Shown here: one piece after another, positions 33,335 to 48,078 of the stretch | Layout: every line of letters starts with the position of its first letter | Numbering within the stretch: position 1 is the first letter of the stretch | NCBI GenBank assembly: GCA_030704615.1 | Contig: CM060734.1 | Location: 9,052,001-9,116,000 of the forward strand | From: Takakia lepidozioides | Taxonomy: Eukaryota > Plantae > Bryophyta | Reading direction: 5' to 3' | Length of the DNA stretch: 64,000 nucleotides | Made by a program: the position numbers and the translations under genes | The notes under the pieces: generated by a model | What the model was told of the DNA's origin: nothing | Database searches by the model: none | What the model saw: the letters and a program-made list of their open reading frames with translations, nothing else

Positions 33335-34287
33335 TAGCGTAGCTACAGCGTGAGCCCAGCCCCGTGAGCCTGGGAGCTGAGCTCACGTTGTAGCTGCAAA
33401 GCGTGAGCTGAGCTCACGCTTCAAGGAAGCGTGAGCGGCACAAATCTGCTGGAGAAGCAGGTCCTATAGGCGAGGATTGCAAGAAGAGGGCCTATTACCG
33501 TGGACAAAACACAGGGGGCCGCCATGCACCATGTCTGCAATGCCTGCACAAAAAGAGGAATATGAAAATGTGGCAGAATTGAGCTCAAAATGATTGACAC
33601 ACTTTATTTCAATTCACAAATAGACGCTTACAATGAATGGCATGTACATTTGCCCTGGTTCCGTGAACAAAATGTATGTGTTTGTCCTAAATGCAAAGTC
33701 TTCACACGGTAACTTGGAAACCAGCGTGGGAAGCGGGCATGGCTCGTATGTGTTCAAAGAGAATTTGGCGGAGCCCTACGTGAGGTTTCCCGCTGCAGAA
33801 GGGTGATGACTTCTCCGTAGCCTAGTGTGGCTTGGTGAATGAATTGGTCTCTCTTACCGTCGCAACACATAATTACGAGGTATATGTAATATTGATGCTT
33901 GCAGGGGACCCACTTCCCTCTCATGCCGAGAGCGCCCTCACGCATTGTTACAAAATCCGGACAAGTGCAAGTAGGGAAATTCCCCACGGTAACCTGATAT
34001 TCTTTGCTATGAAGAACTGAGCCAATAGACAGCACTGTGTAAATCCGTCCATACCCCGGGGCAGGGACTTCGGTGATACGAGCCACCCGAGCCTGCAAAA
34101 TTCTAGCCGATTCCATCTTGCATTCGTGATCTGCACCCGAAGCGACACGGCGCACTGTTTTTCCATCTCTTTTTGTTGGGTGGGAGTCGGCACCGGGTGG
34201 AGGCATTGCGGGAGCATGTGGCACATCTGTGCCAACAGTGCACAAGGGCACCACCTGGGACCGTGCAAGACAAAACCCTCCCTCCTC
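33335..34287 (-). mobile_element. Mutator-like family 1, copy 2: SWIM end and 3' terminus
   Basis: Reverse complement of 2042-2966; ORF 33754-34323 with CTCPDF...PCKHQYY. Confidence 0.9.
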
Positions 34288-35879
34288 TATGATGCAAAGG
34301 TGATGATGCAAAAGGACTCCCAACTTCGTTCATGGTTTCATGCGGCCTGGAACAATTTGTCAACACAGAAATTCGGGCCTGACGATATTTTCTTTAAGGG
34401 CCATGAGGCATGGAAAAACTTGCACAATTCACAAGTCATTGGTACACCACTCACCTGGACAGACAAGGAGTTCAGGGTCTTCACCAATTTTGCCATTCAG
34501 CGCTTACAGCAAGTTTTGCAGTTTAAACTTCCAGACATGGTGGGACAACATTGTATGCCCCAGAGAATTCCAGTTAGAGTTCGACCGTTAAAACACCTCA
34601 GGGGGGACGAGGATTCTGATACTACTATTTCTTCAGCGGACTCTTTTGACATGGCAGAGGACTATGCAATTTAGATGGCAGAGAAGAAGCGACGGGGGTC
34701 TCCTATGCCTGAAAGATTACCTCGATATCAGCCTCCAGAGGGACTGACATATCCAGGTAGTGTTCAATCATCTCCCTCAACCAGTGACAGGACACGGGCT
34801 CGCACACGGAGTCCTTCACGAGACTCTCAACGTCACAAGGGTGCTCGCTCACAAAGGTTTACAAATCCCAAACAGTAAACCGTGAGGACATAGCTTTTTG
34901 AGAGGGGGAGGGGTAATGTTAGAGGACTGCTTGGGACTTAGACGCTTTTATGGGATCTGTGGGGTACCCTTAAATTTTTACACAGACTGAGACCAACAGG
35001 AGCCTTAGGGGTGACAGCAACAGGCTTTAGGGGGGGAGATACAAAGCCCAACACAGTCCATCACAGCCCGTCACAGCCCTTCACAGTCCAACACAGCCAG
35101 TCACAGCCAACACAGCCCGTCACAGCCCGACACAGCCGCCACAGCTTTGCACAGCCCTACACAGTCCAACACAGCCAGTCACAGCCCGCCACAGCCTGAT
35201 ACAGCCAGTCACAGCTCGGCACAGCTGGGGAACAGTTACCATTGGCAGGGAACGACTGTGGGGGGACGACATCTGAAAAAGGAACGTGTACTACAGAGAT
35301 AACGGTTAGTTAGGAAAGCGGTTAGAACGGCTTGTAAATAGATAAAGCGAGAAGCGGGGACATCTGGGGGATCACTTCTTGGGGACTACTTCTGGAAGGA
35401 CTTCTGGCATCACTTCTGAGAAATGAAGCGGAGAGCGCATCTCTGAGTAGAAAGAGGGAGAGCACGGAGTAGGAGGAGAACGATCTGTTGATGCTTGATG
35501 AATGCAAGCAGTAGAGTTGTAATGTAGAGCAGATTAGAGACTCCATGGCTTCAGCCTGATACTTGATAGATATTAATCTAATACATACTTCATACTCACA
35601 CTGTGTAGAGAGATCTGAGTGAAGCTGTGGAATGAATGGATGAGTTGATGGAATCCGATAGATTGCTGAAGCAATCTGATACTTAAATACCAACAGTAAG
35701 GTAACTAGCTAACATGAATACGGGAAGAAATACAAATAGGAAACACCCCCATGATACACTAGCTGTAGGTCATGACTAATTGTTCTGAGCGGGCTGGGTG
35801 CTTAGAGATTTCCAACTCTTCTATCTTGGAGTTCCCACCTCGGATAGCGAAGGGATGGGTGAGTAAAAGCCGTGCGACA
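34288..35879 (+). mobile_element. Gypsy element 2: end of 3' ORF, PPT (34900-34914) and 3' LTR (34917-35879)
   Basis: LYDAKVMMQKDSQLRSWF matches element 1; GAGAGGGGGAGGGGTAA|TGTTAGAGG...GCGACA. Confidence 0.92.
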
Positions 35880-36982
35880 GGGAGCGAGATAGACTCGCCC
35901 GATTTCATTCCAATGCAGGTAGTCTTCCACTGACTGCCACTGCAGACAACGATGGGTTTGCAGTTGTTCATGAGGATGAGCTGGTTACAGTGTTCCCACT
36001 GGAATTGGGTGTTCTGCTTGTTCAAAAAGAGGTGTATGACGAGGATGGGAATTTGGATTCTGGACACTTGGAGAAACCATTGGTTGGCGAGTGTGGAAGG
36101 AAGTGGAGAGTCCTTCCAGGCACATACCGTGTCCTTGGAAAAGAGAGAAGACAATCAGCAGGATCAGTCATTACCCCTGGAACTGCAGCATTGGTCGTGC
36201 AGCAAAAGGGCACAGTTCATGTGAAACAAGAGGTGAGCACATCCACTACATTCGTGACTCTTTCAGACTCGTCCTCGGAGGATGTTTCTGAGATTCCTCC
36301 GCCAGTGCAGACTCCATTCTTGGATGACGACGAATTGCAAGAGATAACGAGTGTCATTCCAAAATTGAAAGTCCTCGCAGGGGTGCCTGGGTGCAAGAGC
36401 GAGCTGCGTTTTGTTGATTGGGAGTCCCTTCGTGTGCAGCGGGTTCAATACGTGCGAGCAGAGTTTGATGGGGACATCTTGTTTGAGCTCAACCCTCCCA
36501 CGTCTTCCAATGGACTGGCTGGGCTTCTGCAGGGCATAGACAATAAACATGACGGACACCCTTGGTGCAGGACATAAACGTCGAACATCCACAACGACAT
36601 TGGATTGAAATTTTGAAGGTCGGTTTGCGTTGGGCATTGCAAGTGCCTGAATATTTCTTGCCCTCGGATGAGAAACAGCGCTCAACCAAACGAAAGTGAG
36701 TGGGAAGGTGTGCCCCTGAATCCTTTCACCCCAGGACTTGCCCCTCCCAAGACCAATACTTTTGTGTGCAGGTTCTGCAAACTTTCCCCGTCCTGTGTTT
36801 CTGTGTGCCACGCTCGTATGTACCAGGTGGCACACCGATGCAAGACAATGACTCGTGCCTGCATTCATATGGGTGCACACGAGCATCCTGTGTCCAAAGG
36901 AAGTTGCAGGGATAGCGTGGACATCGCTAGAAATTTGCTGAAGCAGGAGTTCCACAATGCCCATTGTGCAACACCTTCTGCC
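35880..36982 (+). pseudogene. Family 1 Mutator transposase, N-terminal part
   Basis: IDNKHDGHPWC...CVGHCKCLNISC...CRFC...RACIHMGAHEHP; homologous to 31240-31800; ends ATPSA. Confidence 0.8.
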
Positions 36983-38117
36983 AACGAGAATACTTTCAAG
37001 CAATACAGGCAGGTTAAAGCTGACCAAGAGAGGTACATCCTGGAATTGCAACAAACGCTCATGTCCAATAGAAATGAACTCTCTGTGGCTAACAAGGCTT
37101 GGAAGGAAGCCAATAATCTGGCTGCTGCATATGCGAGTTTGGTTGAACCTCATGCGAAGCGCATGGAGGCTTTATAGCAGCAGATAGATGTGTACAGGCT
37201 CACAGAGGAGCAGACTCTCAGGGGTACCACAAGCAACTTGGTGGATAACCACCTTATGCAGGTCTAGTTAGCACAAAGGCCGGTGGAAGGCAAAGCACCA
37301 CGGAAGCTCACCCAAGGCGAGATGAATGAGCTCAGACTGCAGGTGTAAAACATTGCCACAACTACTATAGACAATGTCTACAGTAGGATAGCGGAGTTAC
37401 AGGAGGATGTAGACGGCCTGCAGACTCAGGTGGAGGACCTCACTTCAAATATCGACAAGAGAGTCTTTGTACCTGAGAAGCATCTGGTGGCTTTTTACTT
37501 ACAAGCGAAAACTTTGGCTTTTCAGTCTTCTTCGCAGGGGGTGCAGGAGATGCCAGTGGTACAAGAGCCAGTGCCACCAACACCACAACAAGTCACTGTG
37601 ACAGTAGCTGACCCTGTTGTTACTACAGCCACACCACAGCCACCACAGCCTGAGGTATGGGGGGATGCTGCTTTTAATCCACCTAAAACTCATGCTGCAC
37701 GGGAGTACAGTCGGGCTATGATTATGCCCTTCAACCAAATTCCCATTGTGTTGGATTTGGCTTGGAAGGAATTTAGTCCTCCACAGTCGTTGGCACATTA
37801 CTACCAGATCATGCGCATTTGGCTGCCAGTGGCAACTAGGACTAAGGTTCTTCCGAACAATCGACCCATTGAGGATCATCACTTTGCGAGGTACTGGCAT
37901 GAGGCAAGTACCATGTTGAAGGAATTAATTGCCTTCCAAGTTGTACATGGGTACATTTATACCAAGACCAAGGAGGTAGCAAGTATTGTCATGGGCTGCG
38001 GGTTATACTATGCTGCTTGTTTTCTGGCACGTTATCACATTGAGCAGCAGAAGATGCAATCGCGCTTTCTGAGTTATTCCAGTGGGGATCATTGGGTCTT
38101 ACCTTCAGTGCCACCTC
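36983..38117 (+). mobile_element. Gypsy element 2: middle of the additional 3' ORF
   Basis: NENTFKQY...HWVLPSVPPH, homologous to 10450-11575 (minus). Confidence 0.9.
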
Positions 38118-40020
38118 ATCTCGGTTGTTGACAGCAACGTCCCAAGTTTCACAAGCCAAATTGCGGGGGGAGGGGGTTTCATTATTACCGAAGGACGAAC
38201 TGTTCCCTTGACGCATCGTGCCATATCGTCTGGGCAGAACGAGAACTTGTGGTCCTTTGACTCCCCACTATGATAAGGTCGGAACAACTCTGTGAATGTT
38301 GGAGCTGGAGTCCCCCTGGAGCCTTTGCATATTTTTGATTTGCATTTCTTGAAAGAGGGGGTCCGAATTGCCATGCAAGCAACTCTAGATCCTGATGGGG
38401 TGCGTTCTATATGCCACTCACTATCAATGCAATCAGATTCCTGCACCATGGCCACCACCTCCTCCAGTGGGATTCCTGTTGCTGTGCTTGCATGTTCTGC
38501 ACTGGCTCCACTGGAGGAGGACCCACCTGGGAAGGGCTGGCACACGACTTACTCTGCACTGGAGACACCTTTGGCACAGAGAAATTGACCCTGTCTGGGC
38601 GATGGGAATCTCCATCTGACCCTGGAAGAGTGTTCAATTTCCTTTTGCATGATCCAAATCTTTCCTCGCCTTCCAAATGAGGGAGCCTGGATTGCAAAGG
38701 GGAGCCTTCAGTGCACCTGTTCAAAGCTCTGGCCATCTTCGATGGGTCTCTGGACCTACTCGCAGCCCTTAGCATCAACAAAGTCGTACCGGGGCCCTTG
38801 CCTCCACCCCGTCCCATCAGAAAATTGCGGTACCTGGTTTGTTGTGTAAGTGCCCGCACCATGTCATCAGCAGTGGCCACATACAAGTCACGACCTGCTT
38901 TGGTAGATTGTTGCATCCAGGCGTTGTGAACAGTCTCCACCAAATTACAGGATGGCATGTCGGCCAAGTCCTCCAAGGACATGTCCTGTAGGAGGCATTG
39001 CATGGAAATGTGAGGAACGAAAGGAAATGGAAGAGATTCTGCAAGCGACAATCCAAGAACCCCAAATGAACAGGCACGATGCAAAATTTGTGTTTTTGGG
39101 ATTGAAGAGGCTTACCGTCGTCACGAAAGCTCCCCACTATCTGTACCTGAAATGCCAGAAAACCAACCAGTACTCCAACTCCTTTAGGTGGATACCAGTA
39201 GCAGCACCAGAGAAGAACCACCAAGCCCGGATTGCCTGGTAAGTGCTCTCAGCTTCTCCCATTGAGATGGCATTTTTGTACTTGAGACAGAGCCTTCTGT
39301 GCTCCAACTGAAGGTCAGGGCGAATGCAGCGCTTTGTATGACGTGCCAGAGATTGACTCCAATGGAAGAGGCATGTGCGCTCCCTATTTTCCATTGGGAC
39401 CTTAGGATCCCCGAACCAAACACGCGCCGCACTGCATTGAAATTTGCCTGTGCACTATCAACCATGAAGCCCGCAAAATTTGTGTTCTGTATTCCATTGC
39501 GCTGCATGACGACCAGGAGCGAATTCCACATGAGCATCTGGGATTCAGTGTCCTCCGACTGCATATTACAAATTGCTATTGAGAGCACATGCTGGTATGT
39601 TGGATCATACACATGGCACGCCATGGTTGTCCAACCCTTCACCCGTTTGCAGTGATCAAACATCAACCAACATTTAGCCAAATCTCCTCCAAGTTGCATT
39701 CGGCGGACAATGCTCACACCACTGCCTTCGCCCACTGCGGACATCTTGAACAAATACACCTTGGACGAGCCCTGGCCAGGGAAGATACTGTTTTGAATGA
39801 ATTCATAGCGACTTCTCCGTTTGAGGTCCATAATGTTGTCCATGAATCCAGCAGTGCCTCTGCCGACTCTGAGTGCATTCACCTGGTTTTGAATATTGGG
39901 AGAGCTCAACACGGAGAAATGGTCTATCACTGCATCAAGCGAATCTGCATCCAGCATTGGTTGTGTCGAATCCCCTTCACCCAGTATGTGTTTTTCCAGG
40001 AAAGCCTTGCTAGCTGCTGA
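38118..40020 (-). pseudogene. Family 1 Mutator transposase, catalytic core
   Basis: WLMFDHCKR (D1), AGFMVDSAQAN (D2), ERTCLFHW (CxxH), SCNLVETVH (E); intron ~38987-39135. Confidence 0.88.
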
Positions 40021-43000
40021 CCTAATGGCAATTCAAACAATTGTTGTAGGTATAGGGGAGTAATTTCTAATTCAACTCCCTTCACCGTTGTTGCTCCTAT
40101 CCTAGGCTCAAAGTTCTGCAAGAATTGTAACATGTACTACCTATGGTGCAATGTCCAATCTTTGCTTTGCAATCCTTCCAATCGCAGCTCCTTCAGTAAC
40201 TGTACCGCCTGTGGAGTAGCAATCGTTTGTTTCTGCAGGATTGTGGTGCTCTTCACCCTGATTTCTTCCATTCCTCTCACTCTCTTCATTCTAGACCCAC
40301 AAAAAGGTTTTGGCTGTAACAATTGAAGAAATGCCTGCAGGGCACAAAGCATAAACGTATGGTTGCCACAAAATGCTATGGGTAAATTTTTTTGTAAGCC
40401 TGCGGGGCTTGCAAGCATCGATTAATAGAAAAGATACTCTCTGTTCTTCTATCCCTGTGCCACTGCGTAAGTAGTATCGCGAGCGTATAGTCTGTTAATT
40501 CTTCCATAGCTTCAAAGCTATAGCATTGATGGTATGTCCTATCGAGACGCCCGTTACTTGGAACGACGCCGACTCTTGCGCTTAAAATCCCTCCAATTAC
40601 TTGATCCTGCTTCTGGCTTATGATTGGCTGTAACTGCTGTGACTGGATTTTAGATTTAATTTCCTTCCATGGATTTTCCACTCTGGACTGTCCACAAGGA
40701 TAGCACATGTGACATGGATTTCGCTTTTCGGTACTTTTAAAGGGTTCCGTTATCCTTTCCCTGTATGCATTAATGGGCCCATAATAAGTTAATGTGTCGG
40801 GTAGGTACTTTGACGGCCAATTTTGTCTTCTTCCTTGATGACACTCGCCTTTGCAATCCATGTCCGGCTGTGTGTCTCGCCCTGGCGTCCACGTGTCCAT
40901 TTCTAAACGTGCCTCCGTCTACTTTTCCACCGGCCACTGTCCGGATGTTAACCCACGTCCACCTGTCACGGATTCTATGGACTGTGTAACCCCAGTAAGC
41001 TGTGTTGAGCTGTGACAGGCTGTGTGGCACTGTGGTACGCTGTGATAGGCTGTGACACGCTGTGGTAGGTTGTGATAGGCTGTGTGACACCGTGATGGGC
41101 TGTGATAGGCTGTGCCACACTGTGATGGGCTGTGATAGGCTGTGTCGCGCCTGTACTGCCCGCCCTGGTCATATATGCTCGTCCTAGCGACAAGTGCTCC
41201 ATACTCCGTTGGTATCACTGGCGCAGCCCGTGACTGCTTCTGCGTTTCAACATGCAAATCATGCTGCAATGGTTTGTCATGGATACCACTGTACCCCTTC
41301 AACTTATTGGCATTGACTCTTCCCAGCATCTCTTTGTTAATGGTTTGTAACATGGCGGTGTTGTTATCATACATCTTTTGTATGACATAAGGTCCTTTCC
41401 ATGGTGATTTAAGCTTAGAAGCTTTAATCTTTCCATTCTTCTGCAACCAGAGAACCAAATCTCCCGTCTTAAAAGTCTTTAACTTGCCTTCATCAAACTG
41501 TTCCTTTCTCTTCATCTGAATTCTGGTCATGTTATCAGCTGCATCAGCACGTACTTCTTCCACATGGTATAATTCATGTTTCCTGACCTTAATTGAATCT
41601 TGCAATTCCATTCTCTTTCCCATTCCGTTCTCATGGTAGGTAACAGGAATTCCACTGGAAGTAAAGCTTCCATACCATAAGCTAATTGGGATGGTGTATA
41701 CTTAGTAGTGACTTTATATGAAGTCCTGTATGACCACAAAGCTGTCAGCAGCTTTGTATCCCAATCCGTTCTGTTTGCATCGACTATCTTAGCCAAGATA
41801 GTACATAGTATTTTGTTGGTAGCCTCTGCCTGCCCATTACCCTGTGGATAATATGTTGTACTCTTCCTATGCACAATCATGAACTCTTTAGTCAATAGTT
41901 CAATGGTCTCATTAATGAAGTGACTTCCCTGATCACTGATAAATTCCAATGGATAGCCAAATCGTGTAAGTATGTTCTCATACATGAACCTTGCTGTGGA
42001 CTTGGCTGTGTTGTCCCTCAAAGCTTTAGCTTCCACCCACTTCATAGTATAATCAGTGGCTGTAATTATGTACCTGTTCTGTGTATTCTTGGCTGGTGGG
42101 TTAATTGGTCCAACAACCCATTTCTGAAATGGTTCAGTAGGCATTGTAGGATGCAAAGCCATCTTCCCATATCTCTACAAAGGTCCTAGCCTCTGACATT
42201 CATCACAACTCTGACAATACTTGTGTACGTCTTTGAACAAAGTAGGCCACCAGTAACCTGCAAGTAATATCTTCTTACTGGTAGTCTCTTCTCCAAAATG
42301 ACCTCCGGCCACTCCTTTATGAACTTCCTCCAAAACTTTATTAACTTCATGGTGGTATAAGCATTGCTTCAGCACTCCATCTGGTCCTAGCTTATACATT
42401 CTGCTCCCTACCATAGTGTAAGGTAGAGCCTTGATAGCAATTCTCTTTCTCTGCTCCTTTCCATAACTTGGTGGGCACTGACCATGAGCAAGGTAGTATC
42501 TGATTGGCCACTACCAATCTAACCAGTCATCTGCACTTCCCTGCACCTCCACTGCAAATAGACTCGCATCTGGTAATTGACCATCTACTCCCGTGGCTGG
42601 TTCTCCTGTTGATAACCGTGACAAGTGATCCGCCACAAGATGCAGCCTCCCAGGCTTGTAAACAACCTCGAACTCAAACTCGTGCAAGATTATCAACCAT
42701 CTTGCTATTCTTCCGCTTATCAGAGGTTTGTTTACCAGGTATATCAGAGCCTAGTGATCCACATAAAACATAAACTTCTTGCCCAACAGGTAATGCCTGA
42801 ATTTCTTCACTGCATAGATCATTGCCAATGCTTCTCTTTCCGTTGTGCTATAATTTCCTTCAGCATTGTTCGTCAATCGGCTAGCATAGTACACAGGTGA
42901 ATCTATCCTTCCTGTAACATTTTGGGCTAACACTGCTCCCATTGTTTCTCCTGAAGCATCACAGTGAACATGAAATATTTCCTGCCAGTGAGGATTAATC

Positions 43001-46000
43001 AGCACAGGTGTAGTTGTTACTGACAATGTAAGTTCCTCAAAAGCCTGTTGACATTCAGGTGTCCATGCAAACACTGCATCTTTCTTTAGAAGTTTGCTCA
43101 ATGGTGCTGCTATCTGTGCATACCGTCTGACAAAATCTTCTGTAATAGCTGGTTTGTCCCAGAAATCTCCTTAGACTCTTAGCATTTACTGGGGGTGGAG
43201 AGGCTTTAATGGCCTCTGTCTTTCTGGGATCCATAAGAAGTCCTTTCTTGCACACAATGTGTCCCAACAGCACCCTTGAGTTCACACAGAAAGTACATTT
43301 CTCTGGATTCAGGCCCAGATCTCTCATTCTGCATCTGGCCAAACATAACTCCAATTTATGCAAGTGCTCATTCTTAAAGCTGTACACACTGAAATCATCC
43401 AAGAACACCTGCATGAAATCATCCAGATACTCATGAAAAGATTCACTTATCACTCTCTGAAAGGTTGCTGGTGCATTACAAAGTCCAAAGGGCATGACTT
43501 TGTATGCATAAGCACCCCAGTCTGTGATGAAAGCTGTCTTTCCCTGGTCTTCTTCTGCCACTTGCACTTGATTATAACCACTGAAGCCATCCATGAATGA
43601 GTACATCTCATGGCTTGCCACAGTGTCCAATACTGCTTCTTTGAATGGTAAAGGGAAATGATCTTTCTTCGTACAAGCATTCAGCTTCTTGTAGTTCACA
43701 CAAACTCTTAGTTACCCATTCTTCTTAGGAACTATCATAATGGGTGACAACCAAGTCGTATACTCTATCGGGTATATAAACTTAGCCTCAGCCAACTTCT
43801 TGATCTCTTCTCCAACCTTCTGTGCATAGTTGGGATTCATTCTGTACCTTGCCTGCTTGATTGGTACTGACCCTGGTTCCAGTTCAATCTTATGCTGACA
43901 GATTTCAGGTGGTATCCCTTTTAGATCCTCGTAGCTCCAAGCAAATACATCTCTGTATTTGATGAACAAACTCTTAGCTTCTTCAAAGAATTCTGGCTCC
44001 AAATCAGCTCCTACCTTCACCATCCTCGGTTCCTCTTCAGTTCCCACATTCACTTCCCTCACTTGCTCATCAACTGTGATTGTCCAACCAGTCACCACTT
44101 CATCCTGTAAACTCACAGTGGCTGGTTCCTCTAGGATTTCCATTTCTCCTTCTTTTTCTTCATAGAAATGTGGTGGGTAACTGCTGGTTTCCTCTTCAAT
44201 TGGTGTTGCTGTCATTACACCACAGCAAATACCTTTTAAACAACTTAGACCTTCCAACTGCATCTCTGCAACCTGCTCCCACTCTGGGTGTGCAGCGAAC
44301 AGAGTAGCTTCCTGCTCCTCATCCAGTCCTCCCCTCCAGTCATACTCCCTGACCCCTCGAGGTCTTCTCGTAGCAGGTAATCTACTAGATTTCTTAGTGG
44401 TAATTTGTATCTTGTGCATCCCATTATGCACAGTTAGTAACTGAGAATTCCAGTCATGGAATACCCTGGCCTGTTTCAGCCACGGACGTCCCAATAACAA
44501 GGAGTAAGCCTCCATGACTTCATCCATTTTTAACACAGTTACTGTGATCATAAAGATCATCTTTTGAATCTGTATCTTAACTCCTCTTATCAGTCCCAAT
44601 GGCTGTACACTTCTTTGATCTGCGATTGTTACTGTAAATGGGGCTGGTTTCATGTTACTTAGACCAAGCTTCTTCTCTAATTGGTCTGTCATGATATTTA
44701 TTCCAGAGCCTCTATCTATCAGTACATCAGTTAGTTCTGGGCTTCCAATTCTCAATTGGATTATTGGCATAGAATCATCAAAGTCCATGACTGTTCTCGC
44801 CCTTCCGGCTTCACATTATAACTGGTCACCTTGCTGTTCAGGTCTGTGTTTCCTGTCTCCTGGGCAATTCGATTGATTGCTTGATACAGCCTGTGTCTAC
44901 AATAAGGTGCCACATCCAATAGCTGTCCAATGGTAATCTCTGCTTTGGTCTGGCATATTACTTCAGCCAAAGTCCCTTCATTACTTTGCATGTCTGTAGC
45001 TTCTTTCTTCCTTTCATCCTCACTCACTTCTTCTTCTCCATCAGAATAAGAGGAATCTGCCACAGGAATATCAGTACTCTTTTGCATTTCCCTTATGGTA
45101 TATGCCACTTCCTTGTGCAGTTCCTTCTCATCTCTCCAAGCCTCATCATCGTCAGGCACATCACTGCCATCTTCATTATCATCATCTTCCTCAACTACTG
45201 GAGGTATTAGTTTGGCTTTGCTTCTTGTTACTATCATTGTACTTACTTCTGGTACAACACATGGCCTAACCATGTAAGCTGCCACCACTGGGCCCTCATT
45301 CACAAGAGCTCTCATCTCATTATGGTGTCTAATCCAGAATGAACAGGCTGCCTTGCGATGTCCTGGCTGATTACAATAGTAACACAGTTCTTCACCATTG
45401 GGTCCTCGCCCTTGGTCTGCTCTTGGATTAATTCTGTAATCCTGATTCCCTGGCTAGTAATTCCCCCTTGGATTACCCTAATAGTTGCCTCTGGAATTTC
45501 CTTGGTAATTGCCTCTTGAATTACCTCTCCCTTCCATGCCATTGTTATAACCACCGAGCCTACCATAGTGGTCCTGATCACTGTTTCTTCTTGGCTGGGG
45601 CTGCACTTGATGCACCCTTACTTGCCTAGGTTCTCTAGCTGCTGTCCTTCTGTTGTAGTAACAATTCTCAGTAGAATGGTTATCCATTTTACAGATAGTA
45701 CAGTGTTTCTCCTTCATGTGGCATTCAGTGGTGGTATGGCCTTCATTCTGGCACTTTGCACACCAAACACCCTTCCTCCAATGTGTTGCAGCCTCTGTGG
45801 CATACTTCTTCAAGATTTCTTCTAATCTTTTCTCATAGTTACCCCTCTTCAACTTCTCCTTTCTCTTACTCTTCCTTTTCAGTTCTTGCTCTTCTTCTTC
45901 ATCTGACTCATCCTCAGAGTCCTCATCATCCCTTTTCTCTCTCCTGAGCATTCCCAATTGCTCAATTTTGTTTGCTGTTTCAAATGCCTCCTCCACTGTA

Positions 46001-47490
46001 TTATGGGGTAACATATCCACTTTCTTCTGCAACTCTGATCTTAGTCCACTCACAAACCAAGTTTTCTGTAAACCTGGTGCTGGTACAGCAGCCAGCTTTT
46101 TCATCATCAATTCCATCTTTTCCATATACTCCTTAACAGTTTCATGCTTCTTTTGCTTTAACTATTGTAAACTTCCATATACTTCATCCTCAGTTTTACT
46201 TGTCCTGAACCTATTTCGGAATGTTGTATTCAAGCCATTCCAGGTTAGGAAATGATTATCAGGGAATCTTGCATACCATTCACTTGCCTTCTTGATAAGG
46301 GAACAAGGAAACAGTCTCATCTTGGCATCATCGCCATTCTCATTGTTCACTATACACATGTGCTCAAATTGGCTAATGTGTACATCGGGATCCCCTTTTC
46401 CTGAATATATTGGAAAAATGTGGTATTGCCTGTGTTGGTTGTAACGCCATCTGTGGCCCTACCCTCTGCCCACTGACAGATGCTGGCACCCTTGCTGGTG
46501 CTGGTCCTTGAGGACCTATTGTAGTTGTGGTGGATCTTCCACCCAGTGGTGGCCCCTGAGCACTCCATGCTACTGGCCCCACGATATTCACAGTATTCCC
46601 AGCTCCAGTTGCACTACTTCCCACACTCCCTGTCCCCCCAGAGCCAGATCCAGACAGCCCGCCTGATCCCCCTGAGCCAACACCTTCGTTGGCCTGTGAT
46701 CCAAGTGCTCCACTTGATCCAGGTCCAATGGGTTGGGATGTCCTGGTTGTAGTCTCAACCTCAGCTGTTGGGTCTACTTCTTCATACTCTTCCTCTTCCA
46801 ATTTCTTCTCTCTGTTTTCATCCTCCAAGTTCTGCCCTTGGGTTTCTTCTTCACTCATGTAACTCAACTGCAATGGTGTTGGAGAGTCTGAACTCTCCGT
46901 TGGTTCTGCCACATCCTCTCCTCCTTCTTCACCTTCCGCTTCAGAAACTGGAGTTCCTGCTTTTGGTGTTCCATGCCAACTCTTATCAAAGATTTCTGTC
47001 AAATCTTTTATCCAGGGATGTACCTCAGATCTTTCACCTCGTGATCGATCTTCTTCCCGTATCAATTCCCTTAATCTTTCTTGCAAAGAAAAAGAAGGAG
47101 TGGCATCCAACTCTAGTTCTTCCGGTATGGGTGATGTACTCTATGATCTTAATGGTGTGAGAGGACCAAATGATTCCTCTATGTCTATTCCTCTCTCCCA
47201 AACATATGGATAATTAGCTTTCAGATAACTTTCCATTTTTGCTGAATATCTATGGAGTCTAGCTTCTCTTTCATCACTCATGTCCCATGTCTTTCATTTC
47301 TTTTAATGTGGCAATAACCAAAACTCTCTTTCTGTAATATCTCTCGTATATGTCTGGGTTTCTTTCAAGCTTCAATGCACCCTTGGCTATACTAGAAGTC
47401 TCCGTTACCATATAACCATATGGCAAACAAGTCTGGAAAGCTGTTCTTGGTGTGAGTTTGATCCACAGAATATCCTTTGGAATCCAATTC
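40021..47490 (-). mobile_element. Gypsy element 2: internal region (5' ORF end, gag, pol, start of 3' ORF)
   Basis: Collinear homolog of 13120-20478; RT VFLDD, RNase H HCDASG, integrase core and WKGPY. Confidence 0.95.
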
Positions 47491-48078
47491 CCATTGTTCT
47501 TGCTCTCATAGGGGTCGGTGGTGGAGGCTATGGAAGCGGAAATGGTTGTCTGGTGTCAGTGTGCTGCACCATCCGAAATCTTGCGGTGGTAAGGGCGTCG
47601 GCCTCAACCTGACTCAGATCGCAGCCTGGTTCCACCGGCCACACTGGGGGAGCCTCTGGCATTGTTTGTATGCCGTACTTGGGCTTTCCATACATGCAAG
47701 TCATAATGTCGTGCCTGCAGAACCAGAACTAGGTGGTTGTCGCCTCCGCAAACTTTGCATGGACAAATCTTCCTGTAAAAGTAGGAGCAGGGACAGCACC
47801 ATGTGGATTCCTCCTTATCATCTCTAAACAATGTTGCCGTGTATCCACTCGAATTGCGGAACACCTGCCTCGAAATGACGGCTTTGTGCGAGCAATTCTC
47901 CACTGTGACGCAGACACAGTTGTCTCCACAATGGCTTGGCCATACTGCATAACAGCGGGTGGAATCTGGGGCAAGCGAGCGGTGGGAATTTCTCGCACAA
48001 AATCCCCGCTTGAAGGCGATGGCGATCTTTGGGCTTCCACTGCTGGAAGACACATTGTGCGGCAACATGACGGGCCCT
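47491..48078 (-). pseudogene. Family 2 Mutator transposase segment (inverted)
   Basis: LPHN.SSSSGSP...LPQIPPAVMQY...WRIARTKP...C; overlaps and continues 33197-33334. Confidence 0.85.
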
